This document shows, piece after piece, positions 43,820 through 53,483 of a stretch of DNA of 64,000 bases; position 1 is the first letter of the stretch; each line of letters opens with the position of its first letter. Both the position numbers and the translations under genes were made by a program. This DNA is from Dermabacter sp. Its GTDB lineage: Bacteria; Actinomycetota; Actinomycetes; Actinomycetales; Dermabacteraceae. The stretch is taken from contig JAUNTX010000009.1 in the NCBI GenBank assembly GCA_030538475.1, positions 9,618 to 73,617 on the forward strand, read 5' to 3'. The notes beneath the pieces were generated by a model. It ran no database searches. It saw only the letters and a list, made by a program, of their open reading frames with translations, and was not told the origin of the DNA.

Positions 43820-44635
43820 TCAGGGAAGCTCAAGGTCCGCCACGACCGGCAGGTGATCGGAGGCATCGGAGTCCACGACGTGCATGGAGCGCACCCGAAT
43901 CTCGGGGCTCGCGAGCACGTAATCGATCCGGCGAAACGGCCGGCGCGCCGGATGCGTCGGGCCGCTCAACCGGCGCAGCAGAGCGCTCAGGACCGGCATC
44001 CGCCTCCCGGGCCGCGCTGCCCAGGCGTCGGTGAACTCGCCCGTGAACTCGCGGTAGTCCAGCGGGTGCGCGGCCGGGGCGTTGAGATCGCCGACGAGGA
44101 CGGCTGGTCTGGGGGCCTCGCCACCCGTCGGTGCAAGGACCTCCCTGATCGCCCGAAACTGCGCCCTGCGCACGCGCGAGGGAGAGGTGGCCAGGTGGGC
44201 GACCACCACCGTGAGCAGGCGGGGCTCGGCGCCCGGACCGGACGCATCGAGGGTGGCCACGAGCGCGCCCCGCCGCTCCACCACGCGCGGATCGGGGAGG
44301 AAGACATGCCGGAGATCCACGACGGGAATCCGCGTGAGCAGGGCCAGGCCGTAGTGGCGGCGAAGCGGCGAGGAGCCCGATGGATCCAGGTCCACGTTCG
44401 CCACGAACTCGTGGTGCATCCCGAGCCGCTCGCCGAGCCACCGCGACTGATCCACGAAGTTGGAGCGGCTCGAGTAGTGGCGATCCACCTCTTGCAGGCC
44501 GATGACGTCGGCGCCGATGCCCTCGAGCGTGTGCGCGGTGCCCTCGAGGTCGAGCGTGCCGTCGGCGCGGGCGCCGTGGTGAATGTTGAACGAGGCGATC
44601 CTCAGGTGCGTGGGGCGCTCGGTCATGTCCATACC
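43820..44635 (-). CDS. Endonuclease/exonuclease/phosphatase (EEP) family protein
   Basis: LRIASFNIHHG…VIGLQEVD…GDLNA…SDHLPVVADL are EEP motifs. GGAGG RBS before the MDMTERP start; the ORF frame extends upstream. Confidence 0.75.
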   Translation of the reverse strand, partial: GMDMTERPTHLRIASFNIHHGARADGTLDLEGTAHTLEGIGADVIGLQEVDRHYSSRSNFVDQSRWLGERLGMHHEFVANVDLDPSGSSPLRRHYGLALLTRIPVVDLRHVFLPDPRVVERRGALVATLDASGPGAEPRLLTVVVAHLATSPSRVRRAQFRAIREVLAPTGGEAPRPAVLVGDLNAPAAHPLDYREFTGEFTDAWAARPGRRMPVLSALLRRLSGPTHPARRPFRRIDYVLASPEIRVRSMHVVDSDASDHLPVVADLELP

Positions 44636-45600
44636 TCCGGCAGGTGGGGCGTCAGGGGCATAAGGGAGTCGAGGAGCTGCGCGCGGAGTTCGTCGGAGCG
44701 CGTCGCCAGTTCGCGCTGACGGCGCACGTATTCGGCCTTGCCCTCGGGGGTCTCGATCGCCACCACCGCGTATCCGAGGCCGCGGCAATCGTATGGGGAG
44801 GCTTCCATGTCGAGCACTCGAATCTGCCGCGCGTGCTCGAAACAGTCGAGCGCGAGGGAACTCGGCACGAGCGGCACAAGTTTCATCGCCCACTTATACA
44901 GATCCATCCCCGCGTGCAGGCAGGCCGGATTCTCGCGCTGAATCTGCGTGGCGCGCGTGAGCTGGACGGCGTTCAGCCCCACCGCCTCGGGCGTGAAGAA
45001 ACGGAACGCGTCCACGTGCGTACACGCGAGCGAATGCTCCTGAACCACGCGGTCCGTCTGCTCGCGGCTGAGCCGCAGCGGCAGCGACGAATGCCGACGC
45101 TCGCCGGGCTTTTGGCGATACACCATCGCCCATTCGTGCAGGCCGTAGCAGCCAAAGTTGGGCCGCCGCGAGGCCAGAGTGCTCGCCTCGAGCAGCCGCA
45201 CGATCCACGCCACCGCATCGCCGCGAGCGGCAAGAAACGCCTCCGTGTCGGCCCGGCGCACCGGGGCATCTGGCGCATCGGCGTACCAGGTGCGGGAGCC
45301 GTCGGCCTGCACATCGGCCACCCCGGAATGTTCCGCGTCGGCCGCCGGGTCGTACCCCACCTGCCAGCCCGGGTGCCAGCGGCGCAAGAGCGACGGGCTG
45401 AAGGGGTAGTAGGTGTAGAGGAAGTCTTCGACCGGATGGGCAATCCCCGCGGCCTTGCGCTCGCGGTGCCCCGCGGTCAGGCGATCGGCGCGCTCGGCGT
45501 GAGCCTCGCGCTCAGCTCGCGCCTGGTCCGCGCTGAGGACGGTTCCCGGCGCGGGGTGGCCCGCGGCGGCGGGGCGGGCGTCGGGGGCGGTGATCGGCAT
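44623..45600 (-). CDS. Conserved hypothetical protein (actinobacterial; in some databases similar families are annotated as 3-methyladenine DNA glycosylase-like)
   Basis: Coherent ORF MPITAPDARPA…YTYYPFSPSLLRRWHPG…NFGCYGLHEWAMVYRQ…; start ATG at 45600. The longer frame to 46536 is antisense of the FAH gene. Confidence 0.45.
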   Translation of the reverse strand: MPITAPDARPAAAGHPAPGTVLSADQARAEREAHAERADRLTAGHRERKAAGIAHPVEDFLYTYYPFSPSLLRRWHPGWQVGYDPAADAEHSGVADVQADGSRTWYADAPDAPVRRADTEAFLAARGDAVAWIVRLLEASTLASRRPNFGCYGLHEWAMVYRQKPGERRHSSLPLRLSREQTDRVVQEHSLACTHVDAFRFFTPEAVGLNAVQLTRATQIQRENPACLHAGMDLYKWAMKLVPLVPSSLALDCFEHARQIRVLDMEASPYDCRGLGYAVVAIETPEGKAEYVRRQRELATRSDELRAQLLDSLMPLTPHLPEVWT

Positions 45601-45720
45601 GGCACCAGAGTACCGAGCACGGCGTGCCGCCGACGCCCGGGCGAGAACCTGGCAACATCCGGCCCCTTCCGGCAGGCTGGCGCGCCGCGGGAATGACGGT
45701 CCCCCTCTAGACTGGCCCTC

Positions 45721-46515
45721 ATGCGCATTGCACGATTCACGACTGGCAGCGACCCGATGTTCGGGATCATCCAAGACAAAGACGGCGTGGACACGGTGTA
45801 TGGCCTCACCGGAGACCCGCTCTACACCGAAATTCAACCGAGCGGCGTCATCGTGCCCCTGGAGGACGTGCGGCTGCTCGCCCCGGTGATTCCCCGCTCG
45901 AAGGTGGTGGGGGTAGGCAAGAACTACGCCGATCACGCCGCGGAGATGGGCACCGAGGTGCCCGAAATTCCGCTGCTGTTCCTCAAGCCCAACACCACCG
46001 TCATCGGCCCGGGCGATCCGATCATCACTCCCGAGTTCACCGACGAACTGAGCCTCGAGGCCGAACTCGCGGTCGTCATCAAGCGGGTGGCCAAGAACGT
46101 CACGGCGGCAGATGCCGCGGACTACATCTTCGGCTACACGTGCGCGAACGACCTCACGGCGCGCGACGCCCAGCGCGCGGAAAACCAGTGGTTCCGCGCG
46201 AAGGCGTTCGACACGTCGTGCCCGCTCGGCCCCTGGATCGAGACGGACCTCGACCTCGACTCGGGGCTCCGCGTCACCTCGCACGTGGACGGGGAGATCC
46301 AGCAGGACGGCACCACCGCCGACATGCTGTGGTCCCTCCCCGCCCTCATCGAAGAGATCACGAAGGTCACGACCCTGCTGCCGGGCGATGTCATCCTCAC
46401 CGGCACGCCCGCCGGGGTCAGCCTCGTCACGCCCGGCCAGAGCATCGATGTCACGATCGACGGCATCGGCACCCTCACCAACCGCGTCCTTCGCGCCGAC
46501 GACCTCCAGGCCTAG
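45721..46515 (+). CDS. Fumarylacetoacetate hydrolase (FAH) family protein
   Basis: [17 protein letters not shown]…LFLKP…GPGDPI…ELAVVI… is the FAH fold; lies directly upstream of gltX, as the Rv2993c homologue does. Confidence 0.85.
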   Translation: MRIARFTTGSDPMFGIIQDKDGVDTVYGLTGDPLYTEIQPSGVIVPLEDVRLLAPVIPRSKVVGVGKNYADHAAEMGTEVPEIPLLFLKPNTTVIGPGDPIITPEFTDELSLEAELAVVIKRVAKNVTAADAADYIFGYTCANDLTARDAQRAENQWFRAKAFDTSCPLGPWIETDLDLDSGLRVTSHVDGEIQQDGTTADMLWSLPALIEEITKVTTLLPGDVILTGTPAGVSLVTPGQSIDVTIDGIGTLTNRVLRADDLQA

Positions 46516-46565
46516 CCGCACCCCCGTCGGCCCCACCCCTCGCCACCTCCAAGGAGAACCATTCC

Positions 46566-48086
46566 GTGAGCACCACCACCTCGCTCCCGCTGGCCAGCCA
46601 GCGCGGCGTCGATAACGTCCGCGTGCGCTTTTGCCCCTCGCCCACCGGCACCCCCCACGTGGGCATGGTCCGCACCGCCCTGTTCAACTGGGCCTACGCC
46701 CGCCGCACGGGCGGCACGCTCGTGTTCCGGATCGAGGACACAGACCAGCAGCGCGATAGCGAGGAGAGCTACCACCAGCTGCTCGACGCGATGCGCTGGC
46801 TCGGCATCACGTGGGACGAGGGCGTGGAAGCGGGCGGCAACGACGGCCCGTACCGCCAGTCGGAGCGCGCGGAGATCTACCAGGAGGTCATCCAAAAGCT
46901 CAAGGACGGCGGCCACATCTACGAATCGTTCTCCACCCCGGAAGAGATTCAGGCCCGACACGTTGCCGCGGGGCGGCCCAAGGAATCCGGCTACGACGGC
47001 TTTGACCGCGACCTCAGCGCCGAGCAGATCGAGGCCTACCGCGCCCAGGGGCGCGCGGGCGTGTGGCGCATGCGGATGCCGGAGACCGACGTGAGCTTTG
47101 ACGACCTCGTGCGGGGAGAGATCACGTTCAAGGCCGGATCCACGCCCGACTTCGTCGTGGTCCGCGGCAACGGCCAGCCGCTGTATACGCTGACGAACCC
47201 CGTCGATGATGCCCTCATGGGCATCACGCACGTGCTGCGCGGCGAAGACATCCTGAGCTCCACGCCCCGCCAGATCGTGCTCTTCGAGGCCCTCAAGGCC
47301 ATCGGTGTCGCGGCCGCCACCCCCGTCTACGGCCACCTGCCGTACGTGCTCGGTGAAGGCAACAAGAAGCTCTCCAAGCGCGACCCCGAATCCAACCTCT
47401 TCCTCTACCGCGACCAGGGATTCCTGCCGGAGGGCATGGTCAACTACCTCGCGCTGCTCGGCTGGGGCTATAGCGCCGATCAGGACGTCTTCACCCGCGA
47501 GGAGTTCGTGGCGAAGTTTGACGTGGCCAGCGTCAACCCGAACCCCGCGCGCGTGGACCTCAAGAAGGCACAGGCCATCAACGCCGACCACATGCGGATG
47601 CTGCCCGCCGCGGACTTCACCGAGCGGATGGTGCCCTACCTGGAAAAGGCGGGCGTGGTGAGCACCCCGATCACGGCCGACGAGCACGCGCTGCTCGTGC
47701 GCGCCACCCCGCTCGTCCAGCCCCGCATGAACCTGCTCGGCGAAGCCCCCGACATGCTCCGCTTCCTGTTCACCGCCGATAGCGACCTCGTGGTGGACGA
47801 GGATGCCCTCAAGAAGCTCGGCGATGATCCCGCGGGTGTGGTGCGCCGCGCCATCGAGGTCATCGAACTCGGCGGCGAAGACGCCTTCGACGCGGCAACG
47901 CTCGAATCCTCCCTGCGCACCGCGATCATCGAGGAGATGGGCGTCAAGCCGCGCCTCGCCTTTGGCCCGCTGCGCTCGGCGATCTCCGGCAGGCGCGTGA
48001 GCCCGCCCCTGTTCGAATCGATGGAACTGCTGGGGTTCGTCTCGACCCTGGCCCGTCTGCGCGCGTTCTTGGCCCTGGTGGCCTAG
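46566..48086 (+). CDS. gltX: Glutamate--tRNA ligase
   Basis: [26 protein letters not shown] (HIGH motif) and KLSKR (KMSKS). GTG start preceded by AAGGAGAA. Confidence 0.92.
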   Translation: MSTTTSLPLASQRGVDNVRVRFCPSPTGTPHVGMVRTALFNWAYARRTGGTLVFRIEDTDQQRDSEESYHQLLDAMRWLGITWDEGVEAGGNDGPYRQSERAEIYQEVIQKLKDGGHIYESFSTPEEIQARHVAAGRPKESGYDGFDRDLSAEQIEAYRAQGRAGVWRMRMPETDVSFDDLVRGEITFKAGSTPDFVVVRGNGQPLYTLTNPVDDALMGITHVLRGEDILSSTPRQIVLFEALKAIGVAAATPVYGHLPYVLGEGNKKLSKRDPESNLFLYRDQGFLPEGMVNYLALLGWGYSADQDVFTREEFVAKFDVASVNPNPARVDLKKAQAINADHMRMLPAADFTERMVPYLEKAGVVSTPITADEHALLVRATPLVQPRMNLLGEAPDMLRFLFTADSDLVVDEDALKKLGDDPAGVVRRAIEVIELGGEDAFDAATLESSLRTAIIEEMGVKPRLAFGPLRSAISGRRVSPPLFESMELLGFVSTLARLRAFLALVA

Positions 48087-48097
48087 GGGTCCATCGC

Positions 48098-49210
48098 ATG
48101 TCAGTGAACACCGGTGCGTACGGTGTGGGCCGCGCGCACGCCAAAGCGATCCTCATCGGGGAACACGCGGTGGTGTACGGGCACCCGGCCATCGCGTTTC
48201 CCGTTCCCGCGCTCAGGATCTCCGCGACCGCGACCCTGCTGCCGTTTCCCGACGCCGGACGCGGCGGGCACGAGGGCGTTGCCCTCGACGGCTCCCTCAC
48301 CATCGACGGCGTTCCCACACTGGATGGGACGCTGCGGATGGACGGCGCCCTCACCCTCGACGTGCCCTCGAGCGACACGGGGGATCGGCGCGGCAAGCGT
48401 CGCGTGGCCACCGTCGGCGATCCCTCCACCGGGGCCATCTACGTGGACCTGCACGGCGATCACGGCGAGGACGAGCTCGCGCATTCCGCGCTGCGCACGA
48501 TCCTCACCCACGTGGGTCAGGAGCCCGGCCGCGCCGAGGTCCACGTCGAAGGCAGCATCCCCACGGCCCGCGGCCTCGGATCCTCGGCCGCGATGGCGAG
48601 CGCGATCGCCGTGGCCGTCGCCCGCCTGTACGGCCACGAACTGACGAGCGAGGAGCGGTTCGAGCTCGTGCAGTTCGTGGAGCGCATAGCGCACGGCACC
48701 CCGAGCGGGCTCGATGCCTACGCGACGATGGCCGACGGCCCCCTCTGGTTCCAGGAGGGCCGGGCAGAACCCCTCGCGGTCGAGACCCGGCCCGCGCTGC
48801 TCATCGCCGACACGGGCATGCCGGGCCGCACACTGGATGCCGTGGCCGACGTGCGCCGGCTTCGCGGGCAGCAGCCCGAGACGGTCAATCCCGCGCTCGA
48901 GACCATCGCCTCCCTCGCGCACGAGGCGCGCGAAGGGCTCGGAACGGGGGACCTTGTTTCCGTCGGCTGCGCGATGAACGCGTGCCACGACGTGCTGCGC
49001 TCCCTCGGCGTCTCCCACCCCGCCCTCGATACGCTCGTCGAGGCCGCCCGCGAGGCCGGGGCCCTCGGGGCGAAGCTCACCGGCGGCGGCCAGGGAGGCT
49101 GCATCATCGCCCTGGCGCCCTCGGGCGCCGAACTTCCCGGTATCGCCCGCGCCCTGCGGGCCGCCGGGGCCACCCACGTGTGGGACGTCCACGAGGAGGA
49201 CCAGGAATGA
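48098..49210 (+). CDS. mvk: Mevalonate kinase
   Basis: GHMP kinase: GRAHAKAILIGEHAVVYG, PTARGLGSSAAMASAIA. First gene of an operon whose genes overlap. Confidence 0.85.
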   Translation: MSVNTGAYGVGRAHAKAILIGEHAVVYGHPAIAFPVPALRISATATLLPFPDAGRGGHEGVALDGSLTIDGVPTLDGTLRMDGALTLDVPSSDTGDRRGKRRVATVGDPSTGAIYVDLHGDHGEDELAHSALRTILTHVGQEPGRAEVHVEGSIPTARGLGSSAAMASAIAVAVARLYGHELTSEERFELVQFVERIAHGTPSGLDAYATMADGPLWFQEGRAEPLAVETRPALLIADTGMPGRTLDAVADVRRLRGQQPETVNPALETIASLAHEAREGLGTGDLVSVGCAMNACHDVLRSLGVSHPALDTLVEAAREAGALGAKLTGGGQGGCIIALAPSGAELPGIARALRAAGATHVWDVHEEDQE

Positions 49211-50199
49211 GCACGGCAACGGCCATCGCACACCCGAACATTGCGCTCGTGAAGTACTGGGGGAAGGCCGACCACGCGCTGATCCTCCCGGCCACGGGCT
49301 CGCTTTCCTTCACGCTCGACATCTTCCCAACCACGACCGAGGTGAGCCTCACCGACGGGCCCGAGGACTCGGTTGAGCTGGACGGCGCCGCCCTCACCGG
49401 AGAGGAATCGCGCAGAGTCGTCGAGGTGCTCGACCTGGTGCGCGAGGCCGCGGGCGCGAGCGCGCGGGCGCGCGTGATCTCGACCAACACGGTGCCGACG
49501 GCCGCCGGGCTCGCCTCAAGCGCCGCCGCCTTCGCGGCCCTCGCGACAGCGGCCGCAGCCGCCTACGGCCTCGAGACCACGCCCGCGGAACTCTCGCGCC
49601 TTGCCCGCCGCGGCTCCGGCTCCGCGTGCCGCTCCATCTTCGGCGGCCTCGTGCGCTGGGACCAGGGTACGGATGACGCCACGAGCGTGGCCCGCCCCCT
49701 CGAGTGGGCGGGGGAGGATCTCGCGATGATCGTCGCGGTGCTCTCGAGCGACCGCAAAAAAATCGGCAGCCGGGCCGCCATGAAGCTCACCGAACAGACC
49801 TCGCCGTACTACGCCGGGTGGGTGGCCTCCAACACCGTCCTGCTCGAGCGGGCCACCGAGGCCGTTCGCGCCGGTGACTACGAGAGCCTCGGCGAGATCG
49901 CGGAGATGAGCGCCCTGCGCATGCACGCCTCGATGTTCGGCGCGGAGCCGCCCGTCCGCTACCTCACCGCCGACAGCTTCGCCCTCTTCGATGCCGTCGC
50001 CGAGCTGCGCGCCGAGGGCCTGCTCGCCTACGCGAGCGCCGACGCGGGCCCCAACGTGAAGATTCTGTGTCGAGCTCGTGAGGCCGGGGATCTGGCCGCG
50101 CGCCTGCGTGAGAGGATGGCGGGCGTGACCCTCCATACCGCCCATGCCGGCCCTGGCGCCTTCCTCGCATCCGAGGCTGCGCCACCCGCCGCCACATGA
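49207..50199 (+). CDS. mvaD: Diphosphomevalonate decarboxylase
   Basis: AHPNIALVKYWGKADHALILPATGSLSFTLD and TAAGLASSAAAFAALA are MVD signatures. ATGA overlap with mvk. Confidence 0.88.
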   Translation: MSTATAIAHPNIALVKYWGKADHALILPATGSLSFTLDIFPTTTEVSLTDGPEDSVELDGAALTGEESRRVVEVLDLVREAAGASARARVISTNTVPTAAGLASSAAAFAALATAAAAAYGLETTPAELSRLARRGSGSACRSIFGGLVRWDQGTDDATSVARPLEWAGEDLAMIVAVLSSDRKKIGSRAAMKLTEQTSPYYAGWVASNTVLLERATEAVRAGDYESLGEIAEMSALRMHASMFGAEPPVRYLTADSFALFDAVAELRAEGLLAYASADAGPNVKILCRAREAGDLAARLRERMAGVTLHTAHAGPGAFLASEAAPPAAT

Positions 50200-51353
50200 G
50201 CACAGTTCGCGCCCCGGGCAAGCTGCTCATCGTGGGCGAATACTCGGTGGTGCGGACCGGACGGCCCGCCGTGGTCATCGCGATGGATGCGGGCATCCGC
50301 GCCGAGGCCCGCGCACTGTCCACCGCGCCAGGATCGCGCCCCGCCACTGGACTTGGCGCATTGGTGGCCTCGTCGGCCTTCGCCGACTCGCCCCTGACCT
50401 GGACGCCCGCGCCCTTGAACGCCCCCGCGGCGGACCGCGCGGCTCGCGAGCCCGCCCTGCGAGCGCTCGATGTTCTCGCCGCCTACGCACACGGCGCCGG
50501 AGCGGCCCCCACGCCCCTCGACATCACCCTCACCTCGAGCCTTGCCGACGACGCCGGCACGAAGTACGGCCTTGGCTCCTCCGGCGCCGTCGTCGTGGCC
50601 GTGGTCGCGGCCGCCGCCGACGCCTGGGGCCTCGACCTCGAGCCCGACACGCTGTTTCGGGTGAGCGCGCTCGCGGTCATCGCGGGGAGCCCAAGCGCCT
50701 CGTGCGCCGACGTGGCCGCGTCCGTGCTCGGAGGCTGGATTTTCTTCCGCTCGTTCGACCGCGCGGCCGTCCTGGAGCGGGCGCAGAGCGATGGCGTGCA
50801 CGCCGCGGTTCACGCGCCGTGGCCGGGCCTTGAACTGCGCCCCCTGCACGTGAGCGAGCGCCTGCGCGTGCTCGTCGGCTGGAGCGGATCGCCCGCCTCG
50901 ACCGCGAACCTCGTGGCCGCGCTCGACGAGGCCGCCGCGACCGGCGCCATGGACCTGGAGGAGTGGGCAGAGCGCAGCGAAGCCGCGACCCTCGCGCTCG
51001 CCCGAGACCTCGAGGCGGGAGACATCGCCGGTGTGCTCGACGGCATCCGCGCCTCCCAGCGCCTCCTCGCGGACCTGGATCACGGGGCGCGCGGCGACGG
51101 CCGGGCGCTCGGCATCCTCACCCCGGCGCTCGGGCGCATGATCGACATCGCGGAGGCCCACGGCGCCGCGGCGAAGATCTCCGGCGCGGGCGGGGGAGAC
51201 TGCATGATCGCACTCACCGACCGCGACGAGGTATCCACTCGCGTGCAGCAGACGTGGCGCAGCGAAGGCTTCACCCCGCTCGACCTGGGCCTCGGCGCCC
51301 TCCTTGTCACGACCACCCATCCCGCCCCCGCATTCGAGGAGGAGCACCGATGA
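50196..51353 (+). CDS. Phosphomevalonate kinase (GHMP type)
   Basis: APGKLLIVGEYSVV…, GLGSSGAVVVAVVAA, GAGGGD. Confidence 0.8.
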   Translation: MSTVRAPGKLLIVGEYSVVRTGRPAVVIAMDAGIRAEARALSTAPGSRPATGLGALVASSAFADSPLTWTPAPLNAPAADRAAREPALRALDVLAAYAHGAGAAPTPLDITLTSSLADDAGTKYGLGSSGAVVVAVVAAAADAWGLDLEPDTLFRVSALAVIAGSPSASCADVAASVLGGWIFFRSFDRAAVLERAQSDGVHAAVHAPWPGLELRPLHVSERLRVLVGWSGSPASTANLVAALDEAAATGAMDLEEWAERSEAATLALARDLEAGDIAGVLDGIRASQRLLADLDHGARGDGRALGILTPALGRMIDIAEAHGAAAKISGAGGGDCMIALTDRDEVSTRVQQTWRSEGFTPLDLGLGALLVTTTHPAPAFEEEHR

Positions 51354-52435
51354 ACGAATCGAGAAAAGACGACCACGTGCGGCTGGCGATGGAGCAAAAC
51401 TCCCGCAGGCGCCGCGCCGTCCACTTCGACGACGTGCGGTTCATGCATCACCCCCTCGCCGCCGTCGATGTCGCCTCCGTCTCGGTGGCCACCTCGATCG
51501 ATGAGACCCAGTGGGACCTCCCGTTCTTCATCAACGGCATGACGGGCGGCAGCGACTTCACGGGCCAGCTCAATCGCTCGCTGGCCATCGCCGCCGCCGA
51601 TACCGGCATCGCAATGGCGTCGGGGTCCATGAGCGCCTACTTCAAGAATCCCGCGTGCGCCGAAAGCTTCACGGTGCTGCGCGAGGAGAACCCGCACGGG
51701 TTCCTCATGGCGAACCTCTCCGCCAACGCGACGCCGGAGCAGGCGCGCGAGGCCGTGGACCTCATCGACGCCGACGCCCTGCAGATTCACATCAACCCCG
51801 TGCAAGAAATCGTCATGCCGGAGGGGGACCGAGAGTTCACCCATCGCCGCCGGGCGATTGAACGCATCGTCGGCGCCGTGAGCGTACCCGTGATCGTCAA
51901 GGAGGTGGGTTTCGGGATGAGCGCCGACACGGTGCTGCGCCTGGCCCGCCTGGGCGTGCGCTACGTGGACGTGGCCGGAAGCGGCGGCACGAATTTTGCG
52001 CGCATCGAGAACGCCCGGCGCTCCGGCGAGAACTTCCCCCTGCTCGATGACTGGGGGCACAGCGCCGTCGAAAGCCTCATCGATGCCCGCGGCGCCGCCC
52101 GCGACTCCGGTGTGGGCCTGCTGGCCTCCGGCGGGGTGCGCACCCCGCTCGACGTGGTCAAGGCCCTCGCGCTCGGCGCGCGCGCCGTGGGCGTGGCCGG
52201 GAGCTTCCTCGCCATCGTGCGCAACGACGGCCCGGACGCCCTCATCGAGGAGATCGAGCTGTGGCGCGAGCAGGTGCAGGCCATCATGGCGCTGCTGGGC
52301 GCCGAGACCGTGGACGCGCTGACCAGCACGGACCTGCTCATCACGGGCGAGGTGCGCGACTTCGCCGATGCCCGCGGCATCGACATGACCCGGTACGCCC
52401 GCCGCAGCGCGAGCCGCCACGCGGGAGGGGAATGA
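51350..52435 (+). CDS. fni: Isopentenyl-diphosphate delta-isomerase, type 2 (FMN-dependent)
   Basis: FFINGMTGGS…, VIVKEVGFGMS, ASGGVR are IDI-2 signatures. GAGGAG RBS. Confidence 0.85.
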   Translation: MNESRKDDHVRLAMEQNSRRRRAVHFDDVRFMHHPLAAVDVASVSVATSIDETQWDLPFFINGMTGGSDFTGQLNRSLAIAAADTGIAMASGSMSAYFKNPACAESFTVLREENPHGFLMANLSANATPEQAREAVDLIDADALQIHINPVQEIVMPEGDREFTHRRRAIERIVGAVSVPVIVKEVGFGMSADTVLRLARLGVRYVDVAGSGGTNFARIENARRSGENFPLLDDWGHSAVESLIDARGAARDSGVGLLASGGVRTPLDVVKALALGARAVGVAGSFLAIVRNDGPDALIEEIELWREQVQAIMALLGAETVDALTSTDLLITGEVRDFADARGIDMTRYARRSASRHAGGE

Positions 52436-52436
52436 C

Positions 52437-53483
52437 ATGAGTGCTCAGAATCAGGAGTTCGCCCAGATCCCGATGGCGTGGATCGGCCCGCTGCGCCTGA
52501 GCGGCAATGTGACCAGCGGCGAGATCGAGGTACCGCTCGCGACGTACGAGACCACCCTGTTCCCGTCGGTCAAGCGGGGCGCCACCGTCTCCCGCCTCGT
52601 CGAGGGGGGCATTCGCGCCACGCTCGTGGACGAACGCATGACCCGCTCGATCCTCTTTCGGGCCGACAGCGCGGCGGATGCTCACCAGGCGGCGCAGCGG
52701 ATCACCGAGGACCTTCCCGCGCTGCAGCGGGTCGTGGCGGGCACGAGCCGGTTCGCCACCCTGATCGACGTGGCCCCGCACATCGTCGGCAACCTGCTGT
52801 ACCTGCGCCTCGAGTTCACGACCGGTGACGCGGCCGGGCACAACATGGTGACCCTCGCCGCCGATGCGCTCATGCCCGCCATCGCCGAACGTGAGCCCGC
52901 CCTGCAGTACGCGAGCATTTCCGGCAACTTCTGCACCGACAAGAAGGCGTCGGCCGTCAACGGAATCCGCGGGCGCGGCAAGAACGTCATCGCGGAGATC
53001 ACGCTTCCGGCCGAGGTGCTGCGGCGCCGGCTGCGCACGAGCGCAGAGCGCATGATGGACCTCAACGTTCGCAAGAACCTCGTCGGCGGGATCGCCGCGG
53101 GATCCCTGCGCAGCGCGAATGCGCACTACGCCAACATGCTGCTCGGCTTCTACCTGGCCACCGGCCAGGACGCCGCGAACATCGTGGAGGGCTCCCAGGG
53201 CATCACCCACACCGAGGTGCGCGGCGAGGACCTCTACTTCTCGTGCACGATCCCGCACCTCATCGTGGGCAGCGTCGGCAACGGCAAGGGCCTGGACGGC
53301 GTGACCCGCACGCTCGAGCGGCTCGGATGCCGCGAGGAGCGGGAGCCGGGCGATAACGCGCGGCGCCTCGCCGTTCTCGCCGCCGCGACGGTCCTGTGTG
53401 GCGAACTGTCGCTCATGGCCGCACAAACGAATCCGGGCGAGCTCATGGCCGCCCACATCCAGTTCGAACGGAGTTCTCGATGA
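52437..53483 (+). CDS. Hydroxymethylglutaryl-CoA reductase (short actinobacterial form)
   Basis: TGDAAGHNMV, GNFCTDKKASAVN, GTVGG-like HLIVGSVGNG are HMGR catalytic-domain motifs. Confidence 0.8.
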   Translation: MSAQNQEFAQIPMAWIGPLRLSGNVTSGEIEVPLATYETTLFPSVKRGATVSRLVEGGIRATLVDERMTRSILFRADSAADAHQAAQRITEDLPALQRVVAGTSRFATLIDVAPHIVGNLLYLRLEFTTGDAAGHNMVTLAADALMPAIAEREPALQYASISGNFCTDKKASAVNGIRGRGKNVIAEITLPAEVLRRRLRTSAERMMDLNVRKNLVGGIAAGSLRSANAHYANMLLGFYLATGQDAANIVEGSQGITHTEVRGEDLYFSCTIPHLIVGSVGNGKGLDGVTRTLERLGCREEREPGDNARRLAVLAAATVLCGELSLMAAQTNPGELMAAHIQFERSSR

